Below, in pieces: positions 17,909-28,626 of a stretch of DNA of 64,000 bases. Under the pieces are notes generated by a model. The model had not been told where the DNA came from and did not search any database. It saw nothing but the letters and a program-made list of their open reading frames with translations. Location: sequence record PZ179880.1, one strand, 5' to 3'. The translations under genes were made by a program, and so were the position numbers. Numbering within the stretch: position 1 is the first letter of the stretch; each line of letters begins with the position of its first letter. The DNA is from a phage.

Positions 17909-19228
17909 TCACACATAAAACACATCATAACGACCACGAGTGACACCAACATAAAGAAGCTGCTGAGCCAATTCAGCGTCTGCATAATGAATACAAGGCG
18001 TATAGATGAAAGCACGATCTACAGACATGCCCTGAGCTTTGTGGAATGTTGATGCAGGAAGTGCTTTCACTTTACTAAACTGTGATTTAGCATCCCAAAA
18101 ATCACTCCATGGAGCTTTTCCACCTTTATTCCAATTTTTATAAGTTTCTGCCGTTTTACCTAAAAATAAGTTAAACTTATACAGCTCTTCATCAGATGAA
18201 ATTATTTTAATCTTTTCACGATAATATTCATCATCGCCGTAAGTTTCTACTGTTAAATCCCAATGACGAATTAAATATTCTCCAGGAATACCACGAGCTT
18301 TAACAAATGTTGATGTATACTCTGCTTCTATAATACGAACTAATTGTCCGTTATTAAAAATAATTTCTGACACAGGCTTTCCATCAATTTTATATGTTTT
18401 AATTAATGGTTCCTGCATTACAATAATTTCACCGACAATAAAATCTTTATCAGTTTCAAAAATCTTTTTACGAATAATGCTATTTAACTTGTCAACAGAT
18501 TTATTTGTAAATGCCATTACACGATTTTCAAACAAATCATCTAGTGATTTAACGATTGAAAAATAATTTACCATAAAATCGCGTAAAGCGGTATCACCAG
18601 TAAATCCACGTACTCCATGCCCGTCAATAATTTTATCATAAATCCACTTACCGTTACGAACATCAGTAGCTACATCAATAATAGGAGCATTACTGCGTTT
18701 AACTTCGGTGAGTTCACACTGATAAAAATCTTTGTGCGTAAAGAATGGACTGATATAAGCAGTGTTTTCTCCCGGGTCAACAGGTCTAATTTGCTTATTA
18801 TCACCTATTCCAATTATAGTACACCACGGTGGAATAGTTGAAAGCAGAATTTTAAATAGCTTTCTATCATACATTGACACTTCGTCACAGATTAATACTC
18901 TACATTTAGCCAAATCTGGCACTTCTTTTTGCTCAAAAAGAACGTTTTCTTCGTATGTTACTGGGTTAATTTTAAGAATACTGTGAATAGTACTCGCTTC
19001 TTTCCCTGATAGTTTTGAAAGAATCTTTTTAGCTGCATGAGTAGGAGCTGCTAAAATAATGCCAGTTTCGCCTGTAGATATTAAAGCTTCAATGATGAAC
19101 TTAGTAAGAGTAGTCTTACCAGTACCAGCAGGTCCATTAATAGTTACATGATGTTTCTTTTCTTTAATAGCCCTCATAACGATGTTAAAGGCATTTTTCT
19201 GGCCTTCGGTCAAATCATCAAATGTCAT
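17909..19228 (-). CDS. dda: Dda DNA helicase (SF1B)
   Basis: 439 aa; MTFDDLTEGQKNAFNIV... with Walker A GPAGTGKT; matches T4 Dda (memory). Confidence 0.95.
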   Translation of the reverse strand: MTFDDLTEGQKNAFNIVMRAIKEKKHHVTINGPAGTGKTTLTKFIIEALISTGETGIILAAPTHAAKKILSKLSGKEASTIHSILKINPVTYEENVLFEQKEVPDLAKCRVLICDEVSMYDRKLFKILLSTIPPWCTIIGIGDNKQIRPVDPGENTAYISPFFTHKDFYQCELTEVKRSNAPIIDVATDVRNGKWIYDKIIDGHGVRGFTGDTALRDFMVNYFSIVKSLDDLFENRVMAFTNKSVDKLNSIIRKKIFETDKDFIVGEIIVMQEPLIKTYKIDGKPVSEIIFNNGQLVRIIEAEYTSTFVKARGIPGEYLIRHWDLTVETYGDDEYYREKIKIISSDEELYKFNLFLGKTAETYKNWNKGGKAPWSDFWDAKSQFSKVKALPASTFHKAQGMSVDRAFIYTPCIHYADAELAQQLLYVGVTRGRYDVFYV

Positions 19229-19536
19229 CGTAAATTCCCTGCAATTGGTATACTAACAATACGCCCAGTATCTAAAATTCGCCGATATAATCTTTGCGTG
19301 TCTACATCAGGCTTAACATGTTTAACTTCTATTTTATTAAACCAAAACTTACGTGGAGTCTCAACTAATCTCGGAATTCCCATACCTAAAGCTAGTCGAT
19401 ACTGATCTTTAAGAGTGGTAAATACTTTATCAGCAATCTCCCTTTCAAAAAATACAGCAGGGTGGTGTTCATCAAGAGGAACAGGCACTGCAAATCCATC
19501 TTTGTCTCTATACACTATCGCATATACATAAAACAT
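19225..19536 (-). CDS. Hypothetical protein (103 aa)
   Basis: Minus-strand ORF, stop overlaps dda start. Confidence 0.5.
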   Translation of the reverse strand: MFYVYAIVYRDKDGFAVPVPLDEHHPAVFFEREIADKVFTTLKDQYRLALGMGIPRLVETPRKFWFNKIEVKHVKPDVDTQRLYRRILDTGRIVSIPIAGNLR

Positions 19537-19537
19537 A

Positions 19538-20284
19538 TTATCCTCGGATAAGTTTAAAAATTGAACAATTTAGCGGGTATCCTCTTTTTAGTTTAAGTTT
19601 ATCAATAAAAGACAAGTTTTGATACCGCTCTACACCTTGAATAATTTTATCACACATATCATATTGCATTTCTGCTTCTGACAACTTTTTCACAGTTTTC
19701 CAATCAGAGCCTTTAAGAAGAACGTTCAATTTAACAACTTCAGTTCCTTCTGCTATACGAGAACCATCAATACGAGCTTTGAGTGCTACAATCGTTAGCT
19801 TAATATCAGAGGTTTGTTTTGATTTAGAAAGCTGAGAAATGTGCTCAATTCGGTTTTCACGTTTTTTCTGTATAGCTTTAATTTGATTATAAGTCTTTTT
19901 GATTTTAGCCCATTTCTTTTCATCTAAATTTAGTTTATGAACTTTTTTCGCAGATGAACGACCAATTCGCAAAGCAAATAAATCACGCTTTTCAATCAAC
20001 TCTTCTAAAGTATAATCAGAACGAAATGTATTGTACTTTTTCTTTACTGCAATAACATTCCCTTTAATGTATCCAACGTTATTATCAAAACGTTCTAATG
20101 ATAATTTCTCTCCTTCAATACGATTATCAAAAGGTTCTCCCGAGTAAGCGCAAACTTTCTGATCTAAAATGTTCTTAATGTAATTGAAGTCTAAGTTAAA
20201 ATCTTTAGAACGTCTTTTAGCGGATGCCTGAGTGTGCTCTAGACGACGTGTAATTTTACGAATTTGATTTTTAGACAGTTTCAT
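19538..20284 (-). CDS. srd: Srd-like protein (248 aa)
   Basis: Assigned by position between dda and modA and by size; sequence not recalled independently. Confidence 0.55.
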   Translation of the reverse strand: MKLSKNQIRKITRRLEHTQASAKRRSKDFNLDFNYIKNILDQKVCAYSGEPFDNRIEGEKLSLERFDNNVGYIKGNVIAVKKKYNTFRSDYTLEELIEKRDLFALRIGRSSAKKVHKLNLDEKKWAKIKKTYNQIKAIQKKRENRIEHISQLSKSKQTSDIKLTIVALKARIDGSRIAEGTEVVKLNVLLKGSDWKTVKKLSEAEMQYDMCDKIIQGVERYQNLSFIDKLKLKRGYPLNCSIFKLIRG

Positions 20285-20314
20285 ATTTTTCTCACGGACG
20301 GGTTAACTACTTAT

Positions 20315-20343
20315 ACTATAACATTTTTACTTCAGCTTGTAAA
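20315..20343 (-). promoter_or_regulatory. T4-type early promoter upstream of srd (-35 TTTACA, -10 TATAGT, TGn)
   Basis: Minus-strand GTTTACA..N17..TGTTATAGT. Confidence 0.6.
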
Positions 20344-20400
20344 CAACTTTATGAAAAATGCTTTAAAACTTTCATGGTATAATGAATCTAAGTCCTTCCA

Positions 20401-21003
20401 TTATAGATTAAATCCTTCAAAGTCAAGAGTATAGATAGTGTATGTTGAATACTTTTTATATTCATATCTATCAGCAATTCTAAATACACTTCCAGCTGGT
20501 ATCATTACTTCTTGTTCATCTGAAACTAATTCCATATTACGATAGCGATGGCTATCTGGAAACTTAAAACTCGGACTATATTCTTTACAACGTAGAGCTT
20601 TTATAGCATACTCCTGGAAATTGAATACCATAGGAGCTTTGAATTCAAAAATAACTTGTGTGTTATATTCTAAACCGGAAGCAAAGTGTAGAGCTATATT
20701 TTTATCATATGAAGCTGATACGACTTTATCAAATGTAATAATATCAATTCCTTGATTTAATACTTGTTTAGTCTCAGCTGGAACACCTCTCCAAAGAGGT
20801 TTATCGTTTGGAACCAAACGAGATTTGATTATTTCATTTAACCAAGAGTGGTCATCTGGCTTATTAGTAATACAATGAATTAAAAGTTCAATTTCAGATA
20901 AATTAAATCCTTCAGAAAGTAATTCTTCACGAATAGAAGCACGCACCGATGCATCCATTGATTTTATTTTAAAATCTTTTAATTGCATTGCCGAATATTT
21001 CAT
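20401..21003 (-). CDS. modA: ADP-ribosyltransferase ModA
   Basis: 200 aa MKYSAMQLKDFKIKSMDASVRASIREELL... matches T4 ModA (memory). Confidence 0.9.
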   Translation of the reverse strand: MKYSAMQLKDFKIKSMDASVRASIREELLSEGFNLSEIELLIHCITNKPDDHSWLNEIIKSRLVPNDKPLWRGVPAETKQVLNQGIDIITFDKVVSASYDKNIALHFASGLEYNTQVIFEFKAPMVFNFQEYAIKALRCKEYSPSFKFPDSHRYRNMELVSDEQEVMIPAGSVFRIADRYEYKKYSTYTIYTLDFEGFNL

Positions 21004-21623
21004 TCAACTACCTCAATATCATACACTTTAAATGTTCCAAATGAATCGTGTAATTTTTCTTTTGAAATAAAAGTTATTTTATACTTTCCAATTGGAATCA
21101 TCCATTCTTGTTCACGTACAATCATCATTAAGTTATCAGTACGTTCTGAATCTAGCCCATCAGTATCTTCATATGTGTACTTGAACTCAGTATTAGGAGA
21201 AGAAAGTATAATATCGCTGATATGGTCAGAATAATTAAAAGCTTTATCAGTTTTTAAGCGAAGTATTATTTTAGTAAAATATTCAGCATAAGAAAAAGAA
21301 CATGCTGTGAGTAAACTAGTAGTAAATGAATCTACCCTGTTCGTTGAAAACACTTCTCCAACTTGTAAATCTTTAATAAGTTCTTTTGTCGATTTTGATA
21401 TACCACGATATAACTGATAAGGCGATTTAGTTAAATGCTTTTTAATGATTTTATTCAATTGCCGATGAAGAGCTTCATTCTTTTTGGCTTCCATACATTG
21501 CCAAAGAATTGACTGTTCAAAGTCAGTAAATTTTTCACAGACCTTTTTATACATATCATATTGAAAATCAACGCTTTCAGCTTTTATAGATAACTGTTCA
21601 ACATCTGCAAGATTAATAATCAT
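21000..21623 (-). CDS. modB: ADP-ribosyltransferase ModB
   Basis: 207 aa from MIINLADVE... with GGAGG SD; track ORF was 4 codons longer. Confidence 0.85.
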   Translation of the reverse strand: MIINLADVEQLSIKAESVDFQYDMYKKVCEKFTDFEQSILWQCMEAKKNEALHRQLNKIIKKHLTKSPYQLYRGISKSTKELIKDLQVGEVFSTNRVDSFTTSLLTACSFSYAEYFTKIILRLKTDKAFNYSDHISDIILSSPNTEFKYTYEDTDGLDSERTDNLMMIVREQEWMIPIGKYKITFISKEKLHDSFGTFKVYDIEVVE

Positions 21624-21649
21624 GATAGCCTCCATATACTTCAGAAGCT

Positions 21650-21678
21650 ATCATATCATTGTTAGGAAGGAAAGTAAA
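21650..21678 (-). promoter_or_regulatory. T4-type early promoter upstream of modB (-35 TTTACT, -10 TATGAT, TGn)
   Basis: Minus-strand GTTTACT..N17..TGATATGAT. Confidence 0.55.
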
Positions 21679-21690
21679 CAACTTTTTGAA

Positions 21691-21873
21691 TTATTTTGCC
21701 CAGGGAGCCCAGGGCGGAGGGTCAAGATGGTATGAAGCTAGTTCTTCTAGAAGAGCATCTGGGGCTTCAATTCCATAATTCTGTAATACTATACGGTACT
21801 CTTTCTTATAATCACTAGAATCATTCTGGATATTCGTAGAATGATTATCTTCTAACATCTCAAATAAATCCAT
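21691..21873 (-). CDS. Hypothetical protein (60 aa)
   Basis: Minus-strand ORF. Confidence 0.4.
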   Translation of the reverse strand: MDLFEMLEDNHSTNIQNDSSDYKKEYRIVLQNYGIEAPDALLEELASYHLDPPPWAPWAK

Positions 21874-21881
21874 ATTAATTC

Positions 21882-22352
21882 CTAGCGATAAAAACCAAAA
21901 TAACGATTAGTTTCAATAATCTTTCTTTCTTCTTCGGACATTCTCCAGCGTAGTCCAACATCAAAATGAGCCCAGACCATCTTAACAAATGCATTTATAT
22001 CTTTAATATCTTCAATAATGAATGTTTTACTTTTAGAAGGTTGACTCGCTAATTTAACTTTATCGTCTTCAAATAGGTCAAAAAGACCATATTCATGAGC
22101 TCTTTTATAGCCTTTGATAGTTAAAGCCTCAGAAGAAGAAAATGGTGAATCAGTATGCTGCAAAATATCTTCAGTATGCTTTATAATTAGAATAACATCT
22201 TCTGGATATTTTCTTTCTTTTATATCTTTAATTAAAATATCCGGATTTTCTGCTAAAGGAATAATTAATGAACACTTTTTATCAAGTGTATTTACTGATT
22301 TACCTTCTTTAGACATAAATTCTATTGAATAATGTTTTGCTACTTCAATCAT
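21882..22352 (-). CDS. Hypothetical protein (156 aa)
   Basis: Minus-strand ORF. Confidence 0.5.
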   Translation of the reverse strand: MIEVAKHYSIEFMSKEGKSVNTLDKKCSLIIPLAENPDILIKDIKERKYPEDVILIIKHTEDILQHTDSPFSSSEALTIKGYKRAHEYGLFDLFEDDKVKLASQPSKSKTFIIEDIKDINAFVKMVWAHFDVGLRWRMSEEERKIIETNRYFGFYR

Positions 22353-22509
22353 TCGATTTCCTCTTGCCTACTAATGGACCGTCAGGAATTTTGTTTTCCT
22401 GGATATATTTCTCATTTTCTTCCATCATTTTACTGCCAATTTTAAGAAGCAAATCCAATGCTTCATTTGCTTTAGCCTTGGCCTCTTCTAACGTTATATC
22501 TCTGTTCAT
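22345..22509 (-). CDS. Hypothetical small protein (54 aa)
   Basis: Hand-translated [23 protein letters not shown]...; ATGA-coupled to upstream stop. Confidence 0.3.
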   Translation of the reverse strand: MNRDITLEEAKAKANEALDLLLKIGSKMMEENEKYIQENKIPDGPLVGKRKSND

Positions 22510-22709
22510 GATTTATCCCCATAGATGTCTCTCATCAATTTAAGCGCTGAGCGTTCTAATTTCTTTTCTTTCTCAACGCTAATCATTGATTTCATCCATT
22601 CTTCTGATTCGTTCTGCATTTCTTTATTTGCTTGTTCAACCCAACCATCGTCAAGGTACATTGAGTTTGGTCTATTGAACCATTCAAGTATTTTCTTCAG
22701 AACTTTCAT
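22506..22709 (-). CDS. Hypothetical protein (67 aa)
   Basis: Minus-strand ORF. Confidence 0.4.
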   Translation of the reverse strand: MKVLKKILEWFNRPNSMYLDDGWVEQANKEMQNESEEWMKSMISVEKEKKLERSALKLMRDIYGDKS

Positions 22710-23181
22710 TTGTTTTACCTAAAACAACAGTAGGAGCATCGTCAAATTCATGAATTTTTAGCAAATTTGGATGTAAACTATTCCATACAGAAGAAATAAA
22801 ATATGATAAAGCATCTTCACTCGCAATTATAAATTTGTTTCCTTTATCTATTTTCCAGTTATATAATGAATCGTACGAATAGAAAGATAAAGGTTTATCA
22901 TTATATTGTTCTGCGCTAACATTAATGTATTCGGATTTAGTAAATGCTTCAATTGCTCTAAATGGAATATTTGGTACAGTTTCAATAATTCCGATCTTTT
23001 TAAGTTTTATTTCAGCATCTTCTGGAACTGGCATTGAAACGAAATTTTCTACGAGATACATTGGGTCACAATAACCCTTATCAATCATTACTGCTACGGT
23101 AATTGGAACATCTTTAGCAAATGACATGCTATTACTGCTAATATACATTTCAAACAAAATCGCTTCCATAATTTTCCTCAA
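22684..23181 (-). CDS. Hypothetical protein (165 aa)
   Basis: Minus-strand ORF. Confidence 0.5.
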   Translation of the reverse strand: MRKIMEAILFEMYISSNSMSFAKDVPITVAVMIDKGYCDPMYLVENFVSMPVPEDAEIKLKKIGIIETVPNIPFRAIEAFTKSEYINVSAEQYNDKPLSFYSYDSLYNWKIDKGNKFIIASEDALSYFISSVWNSLHPNLLKIHEFDDAPTVVLGKTNESSEENT

Positions 23182-23561
23182 TCACAAGATGTAGATGAAC
23201 AACTAGAATCACAAGAACTTCCACATGAATCGCCCGTCCACACATGAACAGGAACATTAGTATCATATGAATCAGAACTAGACTGTGTATTCTGCGTATT
23301 AGATGATGTAGGTGTTGACCAACGCCAAGGATTTTTATAATATTCCTGGGCTTCTTCATAAGTCATAGTAACTGCTTCTACTGTTCCATCTCCCATATAA
23401 ACATATTCAACTACAGTTAAAGGAAGGTAGTCATTTGAAATAGGAACTACACCTTCTCCGGGAGTTGTAGAGAAAAAATCCGTAAAGAAACTTTTAAACC
23501 AATTAAAGATAAACATTACAAAAAGCCTCTTTGAAATTCGACTCTTTGAAATCCACCCCAA
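23178..23561 (-). CDS. Membrane-anchored protein with Cys/Ser-rich C-terminal tail (127 aa)
   Basis: N-terminal hydrophobic segment; C-terminus [18 protein letters not shown]. Confidence 0.5.
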   Translation of the reverse strand: MGWISKSRISKRLFVMFIFNWFKSFFTDFFSTTPGEGVVPISNDYLPLTVVEYVYMGDGTVEAVTMTYEEAQEYYKNPWRWSTPTSSNTQNTQSSSDSYDTNVPVHVWTGDSCGSSCDSSCSSTSCD

Positions 23562-23728
23562 TCAGTGTATCGCATTTCAGCATTGAACTCGACTGAACCA
23601 TCTGCATGCATCATGAATGAATGCGTGACGATATCACAATCCCAGCTTTTCATACCCCATTTATCAGAGATAGCTTTATCAAGAACCTTCTGGAGGTCTT
23701 CATTTGGTTTAATCCAGCGATTTAACAT
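23516..23728 (-). CDS. Hypothetical protein (70 aa)
   Basis: GGAGAG SD; downstream of promoter at 23755-23783. Confidence 0.45.
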   Translation of the reverse strand: MLNRWIKPNEDLQKVLDKAISDKWGMKSWDCDIVTHSFMMHADGSVEFNAEMRYTDWGGFQRVEFQRGFL

Positions 23729-23754
23729 AGTGCTCTCCTCTATAAGATAATTTT

Positions 23755-23783
23755 ATTATACCATACTCATTTTGGAAAGTAAA
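23755..23783 (-). promoter_or_regulatory. T4-type early promoter (-35 TTTACT, -10 TATAAT, TGn)
   Basis: Minus-strand GTTTACT..N17..TGGTATAAT. Confidence 0.65.
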
Positions 23784-23793
23784 CCGGTAAAAT

Positions 23794-23819
23794 GAAAAAA
23801 GGACTCCCGAAGGAGTCCT
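23794..23819 (-). terminator. Rho-independent terminator after soc
   Basis: Stem aggactcc/ggagtcct, loop cgaa, then U-run on minus transcript. Confidence 0.7.
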
Positions 23820-23824
23820 TGAAT

Positions 23825-24070
23825 TTATTCACCAGTTACTTTCCACAAATCTTCGTTTGCAGTAATCCATTCAGTACGTTGATTTTCTTCATATACTGTA
23901 GAATATGCTGCTTTTTCTGAAGGGAATATCTGATAATGAGCGCCAGAAATTTTGTGAACGTCAGAATAAAGAGGGAAAGCTACAGAAATTTCCTTTCCTT
24001 CAATTTTCTTATTTCCATCTAATTTTTGCTCAAATGTTTTAATATTAACATAACCGCGAGTACTAGCCAT
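23825..24070 (-). CDS. soc: Small outer capsid protein Soc
   Basis: 81 aa MASTRGYVNIKTFEQKLDGNKKIEGKEISVAFPLY... matches T4 Soc (memory). Confidence 0.95.
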   Translation of the reverse strand: MASTRGYVNIKTFEQKLDGNKKIEGKEISVAFPLYSDVHKISGAHYQIFPSEKAAYSTVYEENQRTEWITANEDLWKVTGE

Positions 24071-24099
24071 GTAATTCTCCTTTATTTAAATTACATGAC

Positions 24100-24107
24100 T
24101 ATTTATA
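24100..24107 (-). promoter_or_regulatory. T4 late promoter (TATAAATA) for soc
   Basis: Minus-strand TATAAATA about 30 nt upstream of soc ATG; GGAG SD. Confidence 0.6.
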
Positions 24108-24291
24108 ATAAATTCTTGTGGAACGTTAAAATACCCAATTTTAGTTAATATAACAACATCACCGTTAATAATTACCGGAGAATAATCGGCTGGAGCATTA
24201 AACTTCCAATGAGCTCTAATATTATATCCATCAGAACCAAATGCTCAACTAGCCGGTCTCCCGGCTTTTTGCCATGCATAAAAATCAAATT

Positions 24292-24492
24292 TCATTTTGA
24301 ATGCTCTATAATTAATTTTAAGGCTTCTTCATGCACCTTACCTAATTGTATATGTCCAGTTTTAATTGTGTAAGCTTTGTGGAGCTGATTAGATAGGAGC
24401 TCGTATGTGAGCTCCTTGTCATAATTTTTAAATAGCTGGTCAATACGTTTCTTGTGGGCTTTCTTAAGTTGACGTTTATTTAAACGAGCCAT
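24292..24492 (-). CDS. Hypothetical basic protein (66 aa)
   Basis: TAATG-coupled to gene 56 stop. Confidence 0.45.
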   Translation of the reverse strand: MARLNKRQLKKAHKKRIDQLFKNYDKELTYELLSNQLHKAYTIKTGHIQLGKVHEEALKLIIEHSK

Positions 24493-25007
24493 TAATAACC
24501 TCGGTCTTGACGAGCGAAGTTTTCAGCATTTTTCAGATAATAAAGTTTAAAGATTTCTTCAGCCGTAAGACCGAGACCTTGGAACATGTTCAGAACGAAA
24601 TGAAGAATATCAATCATTTCGAATTTAATTTCCAACTGGTCTTGTGGAGACAAATCAGTAATCAGAGTTTCACGTCGTTCACCATGTTGAGCTTTCCAAG
24701 GCTTCCATACAGCAGATGCATCTTTTTCACCATTGCTCATACCACCAAGAGAAGTCAATAGTTCGCGGAATTCATCATCAATATAATCTTTCTGATTACG
24801 CAGCCAATCAACAACTTCACCCGCAGTAGCCAAATCATCAGGATGACGGTTATATTCAGGTTTATCTTTAGCTAAACGAACCTGTAGAGATTTCTGCATA
24901 TCAAGCATAACCTGCAGCGGGTCTTTTTCATCACCGAGAATATCCCAGTATTCATTTTGAGCTTTATCAGCGCCTTCGATCAGTTGACTACATTCGTTAA
25001 AGTAAGC
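24492..25007 (-). CDS. 56: dCTP pyrophosphatase gp56 (MazG-like)
   Basis: 171 aa from MAYFNECSQLIEGADKAQNEYWD...; matches T4 gp56 (memory). Confidence 0.9.
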   Translation of the reverse strand, partial: AYFNECSQLIEGADKAQNEYWDILGDEKDPLQVMLDMQKSLQVRLAKDKPEYNRHPDDLATAGEVVDWLRNQKDYIDDEFRELLTSLGGMSNGEKDASAVWKPWKAQHGERRETLITDLSPQDQLEIKFEMIDILHFVLNMFQGLGLTAEEIFKLYYLKNAENFARQDRGY

Positions 25008-25070
25008 CATTATTTTTCCTTTCAATTCATTAATAAGTTAAATAATTATATCATTTGAGTATGTAAGCAA

Positions 25071-26410
<1,340 letters not shown>

Positions 26411-26435
26411 TATATCATCCTCAGCAATTTATTTT

Positions 26436-26464
26436 ATAATACCATAACAAGCTGAGAAAGTAAA
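26436..26464 (-). promoter_or_regulatory. T4-type early promoter upstream of the 186-aa ORF (-35 TTTACT, -10 TATTAT, TGn)
   Basis: Minus-strand GTTTACT..N17..TGGTATTAT. Confidence 0.6.
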
Positions 26465-26509
26465 CAAATTTATGAAATTTGTGATAAATATTAATTTAAA
26501 GGAGGACAT

Positions 26510-26710
26510 ATGGCACAAAAATTAATGGCACTTGTTAATGCCATCAAAGGTAATAAGAAACGTATAGCTTTTACTATTTCTGCTATGGTAGGAATTTTAC
26601 TCTGGAACTTTATTTTATCACCAATTGCAATTGCGCATGGTGTTAATATTCCAGTAGTTACTCTTGATACATTCGTAGATCTAGCATTTGCTTTAGTTGG
26701 GTTAATTTAA
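26510..26710 (+). CDS. Small membrane protein (66 aa) on the plus strand, convergent with gene 61
   Basis: Strong SD AAAGGAGG 6 nt before ATG; two hydrophobic segments; 3' end overlaps gene 61 stop by 4 nt. Confidence 0.4.
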   Translation: MAQKLMALVNAIKGNKKRIAFTISAMVGILLWNFILSPIAIAHGVNIPVVTLDTFVDLAFALVGLI

Positions 26711-27735
26711 ATCTTGGCATATTTAGATAACCGCATTTTAGCCATTAACCCCTGGGCAATATTATTTTTCATATATTCCATAATTTGTTCAGGGGTTGCA
26801 CCTTCCTTTCTAATCATATCATTAACATCTTTTGATTTCCAGGGAGATTTATCCCAAAACATAACCCTTTCTCCTGCATCAACTAATTTAGTCATTCGCT
26901 TGATAGTGTCAGGGTGACGAGGTTCATTATCTAAAACCCACACTCGTCTATCTTTAAATGGAACAACTTCTAGGTCTAATTGACCACCCGTAATAGCTAT
27001 ACCATTTTCAATAAAAAGCGAATCTATAGGTCCTTCTAGAACATATACATCACCATCTTTGACTCGTTCGACTCCATAGATTTTTGTTGCCTCAGGATAA
27101 GCTTTGATGGTGATATATTTTTGAGGAGCATCTTTCTTTAATGCACGTCCTTGAAAAGACTCAGCTTTTCCGTTAGCATTATAAATTGGAATAACAAGAC
27201 GAGGCTCAGGTGTTTCCTTTTTATATGTTCCTGGAGCTATACTATTAACTAATTTAGGCCATTCAGTTGTAAACCAAAGATATTTCCATTTATCCTTTGG
27301 AATACAACGAGCTTTTACATATTTTATAATTGGATGGTCTTCCGCCAATTTATCTAATCTGATGCATGACGGAAGAGATTTAATTATTTTCTTCTCAGGT
27401 TGTTTAGGAAGTTCTTTAGGTTTTTCTACTGGACGACTTTTACCTTTTTCTTTTCTTATTTCAAAGATATACTCACGATATAAATCAGGTTCAAACTCCT
27501 TTAAATATATTCCGATTGGTGCATGATAGTTACAGTTATAACAATGAATATTTCCTTCATTATTATCACCGTAATACCATCCACGGGCTTTATTTTGGTC
27601 GGTTTTTGAATCTCCACAAACAGGGCATCTAAACCTTAATTTAAAAGTTGAACTATTATTTACTTGTGTGAATTTAGGTAAATGAGCTAATGCACGATAT
27701 GCAAACTCATTATCAATCCAAGGTATTGATGACAT
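26707..27735 (-). CDS. 61: DNA primase gp61
   Basis: 342 aa; zinc-binding CPVCGDSKTDQNKARGWYYG...CYNCNYH; matches T4 gp61 (memory). Confidence 0.95.
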   Translation of the reverse strand: MSSIPWIDNEFAYRALAHLPKFTQVNNSSTFKLRFRCPVCGDSKTDQNKARGWYYGDNNEGNIHCYNCNYHAPIGIYLKEFEPDLYREYIFEIRKEKGKSRPVEKPKELPKQPEKKIIKSLPSCIRLDKLAEDHPIIKYVKARCIPKDKWKYLWFTTEWPKLVNSIAPGTYKKETPEPRLVIPIYNANGKAESFQGRALKKDAPQKYITIKAYPEATKIYGVERVKDGDVYVLEGPIDSLFIENGIAITGGQLDLEVVPFKDRRVWVLDNEPRHPDTIKRMTKLVDAGERVMFWDKSPWKSKDVNDMIRKEGATPEQIMEYMKNNIAQGLMAKMRLSKYAKI

Positions 27736-27737
27736 TT

Positions 27738-27902
27738 TTACTCTTCTTTTTCTTTAGATTCCTCTTTTTTCTTTTTAGGAATCTGTTCAGGGCCTTTATT
27801 TACTACAGCACCTGACGTTGTTCCAGTAGAGATATTTTCAGGATTACCACCTGAATCTCCAGCTACCATATCTTCTTTAATAAATTCTTTATATGTTTTC
27901 AT
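27738..27902 (-). CDS. Hypothetical small hydrophilic protein (54 aa)
   Basis: Hand-translated MKTYKEFIKEDMVAGDSGGNPEN...; lysine/glutamate-rich tail. Confidence 0.35.
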   Translation of the reverse strand: MKTYKEFIKEDMVAGDSGGNPENISTGTTSGAVVNKGPEQIPKKKKEESKEKEE

Positions 27903-27903
27903 A

Positions 27904-28260
27904 TTAACCTCTATTCATAAAAGCATTAAAAATTTGGTCATCAATCGATGGAATAGCAATCTTTTCTGCGTCATTTAGCAAATCATTAATTTCATCAGAT
28001 AGCATAACACATGTACCTTTATTTCCTGTAATTGTTACTGCACAATTACGAACGTTTTCTTTATCAAATTTTAGGTTAATATTTTCGTAATGAAAATCCT
28101 TTAATGCCGAATATATTTTTAAAATGAAATTGTCTTTTACTACAATAAAACCGACTTCACTGTTAAAACGCGGCTCATGAAAACTGTAATAAACCTTTTC
28201 ATCTATAAAATCGTATGAAATTTTTTCCATTTTTAAATAAGAAAATTCAGAACTATACAT
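27904..28260 (-). CDS. Hypothetical protein (118 aa), 61.1 position
   Basis: Minus-strand ORF between sp and 61. Confidence 0.5.
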   Translation of the reverse strand: MYSSEFSYLKMEKISYDFIDEKVYYSFHEPRFNSEVGFIVVKDNFILKIYSALKDFHYENINLKFDKENVRNCAVTITGNKGTCVMLSDEINDLLNDAEKIAIPSIDDQIFNAFMNRG

Positions 28261-28272
28261 ATTAACCTCTAA

Positions 28273-28566
28273 TTACTCACCTACCACTTCAGCGATGATA
28301 TTTTTATTATTGAAGTTTTTATCGCAATACAGAACATAATTATACTGCATTACACCACCAGACTTAAGTTGTTTTTGCACTTCAGCTTTCATTTCAGGAC
28401 GATCACGCTCAACGATATTCATAATATCTGCTTCAATCTGAGTTTCAACCTCAGTCTGATCTGCAGTCATAGACCATTCGCACAAATCTTTATCATAACC
28501 TGCCATAGCAGGCTGAGCAGCACAAGAAGCTAAAGCAAAAATTGCAGCAAAAACAAATTTTTTCAT
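28273..28566 (-). CDS. sp: Spackle periplasmic protein Sp
   Basis: 97 aa MKKFVFAAIFALASCAAQPAMA... signal peptide; matches T4 Sp (memory). Confidence 0.9.
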   Translation of the reverse strand: MKKFVFAAIFALASCAAQPAMAGYDKDLCEWSMTADQTEVETQIEADIMNIVERDRPEMKAEVQKQLKSGGVMQYNYVLYCDKNFNNKNIIAEVVGE

Positions 28567-28626
28567 GATAATCTCCTCAGTAGTTTATGTTTATATAATA
28601 TCTCAATTTTCAATAAAAGTAAACAC

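Noticed and set aside
20370-20390. Plus-strand TGGTATAAT extended -10 near 20375
   Set aside because: No acceptable -35 at 17 bp and no plus-strand ORF downstream; likely chance match in AT-rich DNA.
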